Under the pieces are notes generated by a model. The model had not been told where the DNA came from. It saw nothing but the letters and a program-made list of their open reading frames with translations, and did not search any database. This document shows positions 24,685 through 32,000 of a DNA stretch of 32,000 nucleotides, piece after piece. This DNA comes from Candidatus Syntropharchaeum caldarium (lineage in GTDB: Archaea > Halobacteriota > Syntropharchaeia > Syntropharchaeales > Syntropharchaeaceae): the NCBI GenBank assembly GCA_001766815.1, contig LYOS01000003.1, positions 12,988-44,987 of the forward strand. The letters are read 5' to 3'. Position numbers and translations under genes: made by a program. Each line of letters begins with the position of its first letter. Positions within the stretch are counted from its first letter, which is position 1.

Positions 24685-26337
24685 TCAGACCGAGAATGGA
24701 AGCGATTCTGGACCTTTGCGGTAGAAGTCAACAAAGATCTGGTTCACCTGATAATAATCTGTTATACCAAGTTCGAGCATTCGTTCGATTATCCTTGCCC
24801 GATACATCATATCTTCATATATCTTACGCTTATCCTCGTAACCGAGCGTTTCTGCGATTTTCTGTTCAAGAATGTATGAGTTATTCATTCCCCTGAAAAA
24901 GTGTCTGTCCATTCCCGGATCCCACTGGAATACCGCCCTTGTTACAACTCCACCTGCGTCTGCATAATACCCCTCGATCTCATCGATGGATGTGCACCTT
25001 CTCAGAAACTTTCCCTTTCGGTAAACCGCCTGCTGGATGAGAGCAATGTTAAGATTATCGATGAACGTGATCGGGACGTTGATTGGATCGCCTGTGAAAC
25101 GCTGGATCATCTTTCCCACAGATGAGGCATGGAATGTGGCGAGCACTGGATGTCCTGTCTGCATTGCCTGGAATGCGACAGCGCCTTCTGCACCCCGAAT
25201 CTCGCCCACGATGATGTAGTTGGGTCTTGACCTCAAAGCTGCTTTCAGGAGATCGAAGAGGGTTACCCGTGAGTCTTCAGGTCCCTCATCACGGGTTATC
25301 AACTGCTGCCAGATCTCATGCGGTGGAAGTACCTCTGCTGTATCCTCTGCTGTGAATATCTTTGATTGGGGCAGGATAAACGGAAGCATTGCGTTCAGTG
25401 CGGTTGTTTTACCCGATGCAGTCTCACCGCAGACAAATATACTCATACCGTTCTCAAGACAGAGCCATAGATAGCCTGCAGCCTCTGCACTCAGCGTACC
25501 CCACCCAACGAGCTGAACGATACTTATAGGTGTTGAAGAGAACTTTCTGATCGTGAAGCTTGAACCGCGCCTGCTCACATCGTTCGAGTATATCGCGTTC
25601 AGTCTTGAACCATCGGGAAGCGCACCGTCAACGATCGGATGTGCCTCTGATACGGGTCGCCCAATCCGCTCGCACATCCCGCGCAGAAATCTTGTAAGCT
25701 CGAAGTCGTCTTTGAATCTGACATTTGTTCGGGTCATATCGAAGATCTTGTGGATGATATGGATATACCCTGTACCGATCGAATGTATATCTTCGATATA
25801 TGGATCACGAATCAACGGCTCTATGACCCCGCTCCCGATGATATCACGCTCGATGAAGTACCTGATATGATCGTATTCAAGCCCGGTCATCTTGACCTTC
25901 TTTTGTTTAACGAAATTGAACTTCCGCTTCTTCTCATCTGTTTCTTCTTCCGCTTCCTCCGTTACTATCACGGACTCACGTAAGAGTTTATTTATTACCT
26001 CTCGCAATTCCTCCTCTTTCTCAGGGACGGGTTCATAAGGAGCCTTTTCAAGAACGATCTCAAGGACTTTATCATATTTTGTTTTTTCGACATCATTTAG
26101 AACAGGTTCGATTGCGTGATATTTTATCACTCCTTCTGTATCATCCAGATAAACGTGGATGAATATAGGATCGCCGACCGGATAGATGATGTTGAGTGCC
26201 TCTTTTGAGATATCTCTGCCAACCTGAACCATAAATTCTGGTAATTTCTTCTTATTCGCCTTCCAGCGCTTCAGGTATTCCCCAAGATGTGGATTATTCT
26301 TTACCGCGGTCTTGAATGTCCTATCTGTCGCTGCCAT
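24685..26337 (-). CDS. ArlI/PilB-like type II/IV secretion-family ATPase
   Basis: Walker A GETASGKTT, Walker B RPNYIIVGEIRG, His box TGHPVLATFHA, length 550 aa. A G7 Shine-Dalgarno-like run lies 4-10 nt upstream of the ATG. Confidence 0.85.
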   Translation of the reverse strand: MAATDRTFKTAVKNNPHLGEYLKRWKANKKKLPEFMVQVGRDISKEALNIIYPVGDPIFIHVYLDDTEGVIKYHAIEPVLNDVEKTKYDKVLEIVLEKAPYEPVPEKEEELREVINKLLRESVIVTEEAEEETDEKKRKFNFVKQKKVKMTGLEYDHIRYFIERDIIGSGVIEPLIRDPYIEDIHSIGTGYIHIIHKIFDMTRTNVRFKDDFELTRFLRGMCERIGRPVSEAHPIVDGALPDGSRLNAIYSNDVSRRGSSFTIRKFSSTPISIVQLVGWGTLSAEAAGYLWLCLENGMSIFVCGETASGKTTALNAMLPFILPQSKIFTAEDTAEVLPPHEIWQQLITRDEGPEDSRVTLFDLLKAALRSRPNYIIVGEIRGAEGAVAFQAMQTGHPVLATFHASSVGKMIQRFTGDPINVPITFIDNLNIALIQQAVYRKGKFLRRCTSIDEIEGYYADAGGVVTRAVFQWDPGMDRHFFRGMNNSYILEQKIAETLGYEDKRKIYEDMMYRARIIERMLELGITDYYQVNQIFVDFYRKGPESLPFSV

Positions 26338-26374
26338 TTTCCCCCCCTTTGTCCAGTGATATACATCCGTTGAG

Positions 26375-26386
26375 ATATTATAAAAA
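26375..26386 (-). promoter_or_regulatory. Candidate TATA box for the ATPase/platform/DUF192 unit
   Basis: Minus-strand TTTTTATAATAT sits ~45 nt upstream of ATG 26337, in the 72-nt gap after aglB. Confidence 0.35.
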
Positions 26387-26409
26387 GTTGGTGATTATAG
26401 ATGTGCTCT

Positions 26410-28935
26410 TTACATATTTACCTCAATCAGACCACCATCGAGCACGTCCCGCTCTGTAACCCTGACCTCACGTGTTACATTCCCGACCTCAATTGTGTAC
26501 GGACCTGTTGGCGCGGTATCGAACTGAGTCTCGCCCTCAATCGGTCCTTCGGTCGAGTATGGAAGTGTGAAATGAAACTTACCATCGTCAGCAAGCGTTG
26601 CGGGTTGTGTGTAGTTGAAGGTTCTGCCCTGGTTCGTTAAGACCTCAACCGTGACGGTGGCAAATGTCTCATTCAAGCCAGGAGAAGGAGTTACAACAAG
26701 GTCTGCGCCCTTAACGTACTCAAAGATCTTGACAAACCTGATGGGGTCGTCACCTATCGTTATCGGCATCATGCTCTTTGACTCATGGATCAATCGATAG
26801 TTCTTGAGCGGCTCAATCCTCTCAATCCACGTTCCATCCAGGATGTGTAATCGTGCTTCCATCGTTGAGTAGTACTTCTCTGTGAGCACGGTCTCATATT
26901 GTCCCTTTTCGTTTAATATTCTGCCATAATAGCCATCAGTATCACCTGCCCAGACCGTCATCGCTCCGAATTTGTTGTAGACCGCATTCCACGCATCTGC
27001 CATCATGAAGTCAGAGATCACATACCTCCCACCGAGTGCATCCATCACCTCGTTTGCTACTGTTTCGTTTCTTGTGATGAAGAAGACACATGCTCCAGGT
27101 CTATCTCCCTGATGTGGACCCCCGATCCCGGCCTGGAAGGGGTTTGCGATCGGGATCCTGTGGGCGATTCTCGTGATCCAGTGCCCGTAATCCCACCATG
27201 ACATGACACCATACGCATTCGATGGATATGGATAGTCCTCTCCCCGCGGGATATCCGGATAGAGCGTGTAATAATTAAAACTATCGGTTGCGAAGTCGGG
27301 TGTATTTTCACGCATCCATGTGAGAGATTCGTACCAGTCTGTCTGTGGACCACCTGTATATCTGGCGCTATCAAGTGCACCTGTTCTGGGCGTGAAGATC
27401 GGTGGGTAGAAGATAACGACAAAGATGATTATGAATATAAGAACAAGATCGAGATTGATGTATTTCTTCAGGAACGAGTACTTATGCGCTTTAGGCTCAT
27501 GCCGCTTCTTTGCATCTGCTTTTACAGGTTCATGCACAGTCGATGGGGCCCCGAACTCGATGAACTTCCATGCAAGAAACCCCGTCAAAAGTGCGACGTT
27601 CACAGCGTAGTATGCGGCAAACCTGTTCTGACCAAACGATGCATAGAGCATCAGAGCACTCCACGTGATCAAGAGCAGTTCCTCTCCTTTTCCACCTTTA
27701 AAAAGGAGGTTGTATACAATCCAAGCATACGCAATGAACGCGATGAAGAATGGTGTTGTAAACCAGACCCATGCTTCGCAGCCCCCAATATTTACATAAT
27801 CAGGACGATTGAGCGGGTCCGGATGGATTACAGTCATTGGATGGATCTCGGCAACCGTGAGTGAACCTGCTTTGGGTGAGAAGACATTGAACATCGCCAT
27901 CATCGAGTGATATAGATCAGGTGCGATGATACTGAAAGCAAAAAGACCAGTTCCTGCAAGGACGATGAGTACAAAAGGATATGCAGCCCGTTCAATTTCT
28001 TTCACTCTCAATAGATGTGAGATTCCAGCAAAAATTGCCACCCCGAGAATCGATGCCGCAAGCGCTGCAACGGTTCTTATATCGATCGTTGATGGGGCCA
28101 GGTATGGCAGGATCATCAAAATTGCAATCACAAATGCAGGAATTGAGATTAAAAGAAGCCATGCAAGATCCTTTCCCTTCATATGATCAATTACTGCCTG
28201 AAGCAGCAGATAGACGAGAATCACAAGGACCGAGAGCACACCACCCTTCCATGCAAGTATATATGAGCCGAGCATGATCCCTGTAAGAATTGAGTAGAAG
28301 ATCGGCTTTTTGAGATGATTAAGGTCCTTATTCAGGATGTGATCCATTGTTACGCGATCCTGTGCAGACTTTACAGCGATCACAAAGAACGCAATCACCC
28401 ATGTTGCAAAAAGCGTCTCCATCACGTGGTGATCTGTAAATCCGAGAAGTGAACGTGAGAGAAACTGCCCTGGCAGAACAGCGATGAGTGCGGCTGACAG
28501 GATGCCAACATTCCTGTTGTATATCTCCTTTCCGATGATATAGACCGGTATAACGGTGAGTGCACCAAGCACGGCAGGATAATAGGCACCTATAAGCTCC
28601 ATGAGTTCATGTGATGGTGAGCCAAGCCCTGCCACCCATATGATGAATGCAAGTATCTGATCAAAAAGGAAGGCAAACGGATGATATTGACCATGTGGAA
28701 AATATGTATAGGCATCAAAGTTGATGCGGTGTGGAAAGTGTGTAAGCGTATTTTCAACGATCCGCATATTATACCATGGATCATTCCCGCCAAACTTGAC
28801 AAAACTACCGCCAAAAACATCTGCTTTTGGGAGACAGCGTATATAAAACGCAATGCCAGTGATTATCGCAACAAGTATGCCATAGATGAACGTTATCACC
28901 GTATACTGATCTTTGAACGGATTTTGCAACTTCAA
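26410..28935 (-). CDS. aglB: Archaeal oligosaccharyltransferase AglB (STT3 family)
   Basis: N-terminal multi-TM domain with GGNDPWYNMR in the first loop, the WWDYGHWI catalytic motif, and a large C-terminal soluble domain. TTG start is preceded by GGAGTGA. The next in-frame Met would delete TM1. Confidence 0.9.
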   Translation of the reverse strand: MKLQNPFKDQYTVITFIYGILVAIITGIAFYIRCLPKADVFGGSFVKFGGNDPWYNMRIVENTLTHFPHRINFDAYTYFPHGQYHPFAFLFDQILAFIIWVAGLGSPSHELMELIGAYYPAVLGALTVIPVYIIGKEIYNRNVGILSAALIAVLPGQFLSRSLLGFTDHHVMETLFATWVIAFFVIAVKSAQDRVTMDHILNKDLNHLKKPIFYSILTGIMLGSYILAWKGGVLSVLVILVYLLLQAVIDHMKGKDLAWLLLISIPAFVIAILMILPYLAPSTIDIRTVAALAASILGVAIFAGISHLLRVKEIERAAYPFVLIVLAGTGLFAFSIIAPDLYHSMMAMFNVFSPKAGSLTVAEIHPMTVIHPDPLNRPDYVNIGGCEAWVWFTTPFFIAFIAYAWIVYNLLFKGGKGEELLLITWSALMLYASFGQNRFAAYYAVNVALLTGFLAWKFIEFGAPSTVHEPVKADAKKRHEPKAHKYSFLKKYINLDLVLIFIIIFVVIFYPPIFTPRTGALDSARYTGGPQTDWYESLTWMRENTPDFATDSFNYYTLYPDIPRGEDYPYPSNAYGVMSWWDYGHWITRIAHRIPIANPFQAGIGGPHQGDRPGACVFFITRNETVANEVMDALGGRYVISDFMMADAWNAVYNKFGAMTVWAGDTDGYYGRILNEKGQYETVLTEKYYSTMEARLHILDGTWIERIEPLKNYRLIHESKSMMPITIGDDPIRFVKIFEYVKGADLVVTPSPGLNETFATVTVEVLTNQGRTFNYTQPATLADDGKFHFTLPYSTEGPIEGETQFDTAPTGPYTIEVGNVTREVRVTERDVLDGGLIEVNM

Positions 28936-28980
28936 AAGATCTCACTCCGTCTTTTTACACAGTAAGTGTATGTTCTTGCG

Positions 28981-29099
28981 TTATATAAAATTTATCTTTG
29001 ATACTATCTCAAGATTTTCCATAGCTTATTTATACTTAAAAATCAATAAATTTATATAATAGTTACATTAAATAATACCCATACATGATACTATCAAAG
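28981..29099. promoter_or_regulatory. Divergent A/T-rich promoter region with two copies of a GATACTATC palindrome
   Basis: TATA-like TTATATAAAA (28981-28990) and TTTATATAAT (29051-29060). CTTTGATACTATC (28996-29008) and GATACTATCAAAG (29087-29099) form a 13-nt inverted pair. Confidence 0.35.
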
Positions 29100-29173
29100 T
29101 ATGCCTCTGATTCTACGCGTAAGGTATCAATTAGAGGTGAAAAGAGAACAAATATACAGGGAGGTGAAATAAA

Positions 29174-30253
29174 ATGATAAAGATCGGAAAGATGTCAGTC
29201 ATATTTATGGCTGTAATATTCTCAATTTGGGCTGTGAATTCGGTTATGGCGGACGAAACCCAAGACTTTGGTGGGTGTGAAGGCTGTCATCCAGAGATTG
29301 CAGCAAACTTTACAACATCACTCCACTATACGGGTGCAGGGATGAAGGGAGAGTGTGAGAAATACGCAGCAAAGCATTTTGGTATCGATATGGACGAATA
29401 TTATGCAGAGTGGAACTGTTCCAAGTGTCACGCCACAACCTGCGAGAAGTGTCATGAAGGTGGACATAATGCAGAGATAACGATCGATACCTGCGATCAG
29501 TGTCATTTCAAGAAGCAAACCGCGACGTTTATCGGTGATATGCCGCTACACAAGAGCAAAGGCCCTCATGCAGACATTCACTATGAGAAAGGGCTTATCT
29601 GTATAGATTGTCATACAGCCACGGAATTACACGGTGATGGGAACGTGTACACGAGTCAGCTTGAAGCAGTCACGACGACGTGTGAAGATTGTCACGTAAG
29701 TCCAGGAAAGACCGTCAAGGACATGCCCGTGACGCAGTACGATTCCAATATTGAAGCGCACAGCAGGCACGAAGGAAAGCTTGACTGTATTGCATGCCAT
29801 TCGGGATGGATGGTGACGTGTGAGAACTGTCATCTGGATACCAGGAAAGGCACCACGTTTGATAGCACACAGTTCTATCTTGGCGTTGCCGCTGATGGCA
29901 AAGTAACAACATTCGTTAAAATGACGGCTATGAATGAATCTAATGCAACACATACAGGCTATGGTGAATGGTTCGCACATACAGTAACAGCTGAAGCAAA
30001 GGATTGTGCCTTCTGTCACGAGAACAAGGAAGTACTCTGTGAGGGTTGTGAAGGTGAAATACTCGGACAGGGAGGTTCGTTCATACCCCAGGAGACGATC
30101 GATAGGATCTATGGGATCAGTACCATGCCTGCTGAAACAGAAACAGAAGTTCCAGCAACCGCAACACCAGAAGAGACATCTACGCCTGGGTTTGAGATTG
30201 CGTTCGGTATTGTGGCGCTTGCCATCGCGACATATCTTGGAAAGTGGCGATAA
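29174..30253 (+). CDS. Nine-heme c-type cytochrome with signal peptide and PGF-CTERM sorting signal
   Basis: There are nine CxxCH motifs: CEGCH, CSKCH, CEKCH, CDQCH, CIDCH, CEDCH, CIACH, CENCH and CAFCH. The N-terminal signal is MSVIFMAVIFSIWAVNSVMA. A T/E/P-rich linker is followed by PGFEIAFGIVALAIATYLGKWR. GGAGGTGA lies upstream of the ATG. Confidence 0.9.
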   Translation: MIKIGKMSVIFMAVIFSIWAVNSVMADETQDFGGCEGCHPEIAANFTTSLHYTGAGMKGECEKYAAKHFGIDMDEYYAEWNCSKCHATTCEKCHEGGHNAEITIDTCDQCHFKKQTATFIGDMPLHKSKGPHADIHYEKGLICIDCHTATELHGDGNVYTSQLEAVTTTCEDCHVSPGKTVKDMPVTQYDSNIEAHSRHEGKLDCIACHSGWMVTCENCHLDTRKGTTFDSTQFYLGVAADGKVTTFVKMTAMNESNATHTGYGEWFAHTVTAEAKDCAFCHENKEVLCEGCEGEILGQGGSFIPQETIDRIYGISTMPAETETEVPATATPEETSTPGFEIAFGIVALAIATYLGKWR

Positions 30254-30257
30254 GCCC

Positions 30258-30284
30258 CTTTTCCTCCTTTTTATTTTGGATTTT
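30258..30284 (+). terminator. T-rich tract after the cytochrome gene
   Basis: CTTTTCCTCCTTTTTATTTTGGATTTT lies directly after the stop. Archaeal terminators are oligo-T runs. The tract overlaps the 3' end of the convergent cbiA-like gene. Confidence 0.35.
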
Positions 30285-31602
30285 CATGACATAAACTCAA
30301 AAAGTTTACAAACGCCTCAGGATGGCTCACAGCATGGATATGCGTATAGGATGCAAGCACATTCTTATACACCATCCCATCCATACCATCTACAATCCCT
30401 TTCCCCCGGATCATCCTGTATGCAAACCTCACATCACCCGGATGAACCACCGAATAGTGAAACTCATGCCCCTTCAGCACCTCACCCTTCCTTGATACCA
30501 CGGTATCACTCAAAGACTCGGCGATGACATATCCTACAGCCTGGAGTCTCTCTGTGAGCTCAGCATCGGCATCAAATATCCCGAGCATCTCATACCCATT
30601 AACCTTTCTCAGCGTGTACATCATCCCGCCACATTCAGCATAAAGTGGCATCCCCTCCTCAACCCTCCTCTTTATCTCCTCCCTTATCCCCTCATTCTGC
30701 TCAAGCTCCTCGGCATAAAGCTCAGGGTATCCACCGCCAAAGTAGATACCATCTACATCAGGTAGTGAATCCCTCAATGGACTGAACTCCACGACCTCCA
30801 CGCCAAGTTCCTGCATGATCTCGATATTCTCAGGATAGTAGAAGCAGAACGCCTCATCTCTTGCTACAGCAACTCTGCACCCTTTGAAGATCGGATCAAA
30901 CTCGGTGATCTCTCCTTCAATCTCACCTGCGTCTTCTGCGATCTTGACCAGACGATCAAGGTCGATGTTCTCAAGCGTAACCTCTGCGAGGTGGTCGAAG
31001 TCATACGTGGTCTCATGTGCCATCTTGAGCCCGAGATGACGCTCTTTGATCATCAGATGTTCATCCTTCGGGAAATGACCAAGGCAGGGCAGGATCCCAT
31101 CTATCCCGTCTTCCAGTATTTTTTTATACTTTTCACTCCCCACAGGGTTGAATATGATGCCCTGCAGATTCACATCAGGATCAAAATCCCTGTATCCAAG
31201 TGCGACAGCGCCAATGCTTCGTGCAATTGGACCGACTCCCGCTACAAGGATTGCAGGAGCTTTCAATATCTTTGAGACGTGTGCTGTGCTGCCCCGTTCT
31301 TCATTCTTCCCGCTCATGCCATCAAAAAACCCCATAACGCCCTCTATCACAGCGATAGATTCATCTGAAGTATTTTTAAGGAAGGAGGATCGTATCTGCT
31401 CAGGGGTCATCATGAAAGAATCGAGGTTATGGGATGGGTTTCCGGCGATAACACTCTGATGAGAGGGGTCGATAAAATCTGGCCCAACCTTGAATGGTCT
31501 GACATCATAACCCATCTTCCTCAATGCCGCGATGATCCCAAGTGTTATCGTGGTCTTTCCAACTCCACTCTGCACTCCCCCAATAACGATCCTCGCTCTC
31601 AT
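30271..31602 (-). CDS. cbiA: Cobyrinate / Ni-sirohydrochlorin a,c-diamide synthase (CbiA/CfbB family)
   Basis: N-terminal P-loop GGVQSGVGKTT, and a C-terminal glutamine amidotransferase domain with YAECGGMMY (catalytic Cys) and GHEFHYS. CbiA and CfbB cannot be told apart by eye. I prefer the ATG 31602 start (MRARIVIGG) over the track TTG 31659. Confidence 0.8.
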   Translation of the reverse strand: MRARIVIGGVQSGVGKTTITLGIIAALRKMGYDVRPFKVGPDFIDPSHQSVIAGNPSHNLDSFMMTPEQIRSSFLKNTSDESIAVIEGVMGFFDGMSGKNEERGSTAHVSKILKAPAILVAGVGPIARSIGAVALGYRDFDPDVNLQGIIFNPVGSEKYKKILEDGIDGILPCLGHFPKDEHLMIKERHLGLKMAHETTYDFDHLAEVTLENIDLDRLVKIAEDAGEIEGEITEFDPIFKGCRVAVARDEAFCFYYPENIEIMQELGVEVVEFSPLRDSLPDVDGIYFGGGYPELYAEELEQNEGIREEIKRRVEEGMPLYAECGGMMYTLRKVNGYEMLGIFDADAELTERLQAVGYVIAESLSDTVVSRKGEVLKGHEFHYSVVHPGDVRFAYRMIRGKGIVDGMDGMVYKNVLASYTHIHAVSHPEAFVNFLSLCHENPK

Positions 31603-31657
31603 ATCACGTAAAACAAAATCATATTGAGTTTTATTAAGCTTTTCTTCTGTCTTTAAC

Positions 31658-31674
31658 AAAAAAAAAAAGAAAAA
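31658..31674 (-). terminator. Oligo-T terminator (T5 and T11 on the minus strand) after the partial surface-protein gene
   Basis: The plus strand reads A11 G A5. On the minus strand this is TTTTTCTTTTTTTTTTT, beginning 11 nt after the TAA at 31685-31687. Confidence 0.5.
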
Positions 31675-31684
31675 GAACGGAGTT

Positions 31685-32000
31685 TTACCTCCGCCTCAAA
31701 AAGAATCCCACAAACACAAGCCCAAGTATCGCGATCACGATGAGCACCGCGATCCATGGAACACCGGATACCGGCACCGGGGTCTCGACCGTCGTCTCCT
31801 CCATCACCGTACCCTCAAGCGGCTCGTTCTGTGATTCTGCCTTCTCCGGGACAATCTCCTCGACTGTTCCAACACCTGCCTCCTCGGTCTCATTCCCACC
31901 GCCTGATCTGGGTGCAGGTGTGGGTGTCTGCCAGTTCCCGCTTCCACCACTATGATAAATGACCGTCTCCTGGCTCGTGGTGGTGATTGTGGTTGATTCC
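31685..32000 (-). CDS. 3' end of a gene running off the window: secreted/surface protein with acidic T/E/P-rich linker and C-terminal TM anchor
   Basis: This is not in the ORF track because there is no start in the window. Hand translation of the minus strand is stop-free from 31999 down to TAA. It reads ...ESTTITTTSQETVIYHSGGSGNWQTPTPAPRSGGGNETEEAGVGTVEEIVPEKAESQNEPLEGTVMEETTVETPVPVSGVPWIAVLIVIAILGLVFVGFFLRRR. Confidence 0.55.
   Translation of the reverse strand, partial: ESTTITTTSQETVIYHSGGSGNWQTPTPAPRSGGGNETEEAGVGTVEEIVPEKAESQNEPLEGTVMEETTVETPVPVSGVPWIAVLIVIAILGLVFVGFFLRRR

Noticed and set aside
21154-26337. Possibility that this is a canonical archaellum (arl/fla) operon, with a KaiC-like ArlH plus ArlI plus ArlJ.
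   Set aside because: No archaellin genes and no arlC/D/E/F/G are present. The ArlH-like gene is on the opposite strand and convergent, rather than immediately upstream of the ATPase. I therefore describe it only as a type IV filament-like core with a KaiC-like module.
30038-30052. CEGCE as a tenth heme-binding site in the cytochrome.
   Set aside because: It lacks the axial His of CxxCH, so only nine motifs are counted.
31603-31659. TTG-initiated 19-codon extension of the cbiA-like gene.
   Set aside because: The TTG sits inside the oligo-T terminator of the upstream gene. The conserved P-loop N-terminus (MRARIVIGG) starts at ATG 31602, with a TATA-like TTAATAAAA ~30 nt upstream.

Overview
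This is an archaeal (euryarchaeal-type) chromosomal window. Its backbone is the conserved information-processing supercluster tRNA-Lys, rpoH, rpoB (unsplit), rpoA1, rpoA2, rpl30e, nusA, rps12, rps7 (11.3-20.8 kb). Around it lie aPelota, a TFB gene translationally coupled to an ArsR-like wHTH gene, and a CbiA/CfbB-family amidase.

Several accessory blocks sit between these core genes:
- (i) A visibly A/T-rich left edge (1-1.6 kb) holds an NYN-type RNase, tiny hydrophobic ORFs, and a Zn-ribbon protein with an internally duplicated domain.
- (ii) An ASKHA-like gene, tldD and tldE/pmbA form a translationally coupled trio.
- (iii) A 5'-truncated thiolase remnant abuts a ccmE (archaeal CxxxY type)-ccmF-unknown exported protein cassette.
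- (iv) Directly after rps7 lies a three-gene module: a small charged protein, a KaiC/ArlH-like ATPase, and a P-loop-dead KaiC-like paralog with a TM anchor. It converges, with overlapping stop codons, on a minus-strand cluster of aglB, an ArlI/PilB-like ATPase, an ArlJ/PilC-like platform and DUF192. No filament subunit gene is visible in that cluster.
- (v) A nine-heme c-type cytochrome with a PGF-CTERM sorting signal is divergent from aglB.

The best candidate for an undescribed system is (iv): the KaiC-like active/inactive pair plus the subunit-less type IV filament-like core. It is embedded among cytochrome-maturation, N-glycosylation and surface multiheme cytochrome genes.

All functional calls rest on motif recognition by eye; no database search was run.
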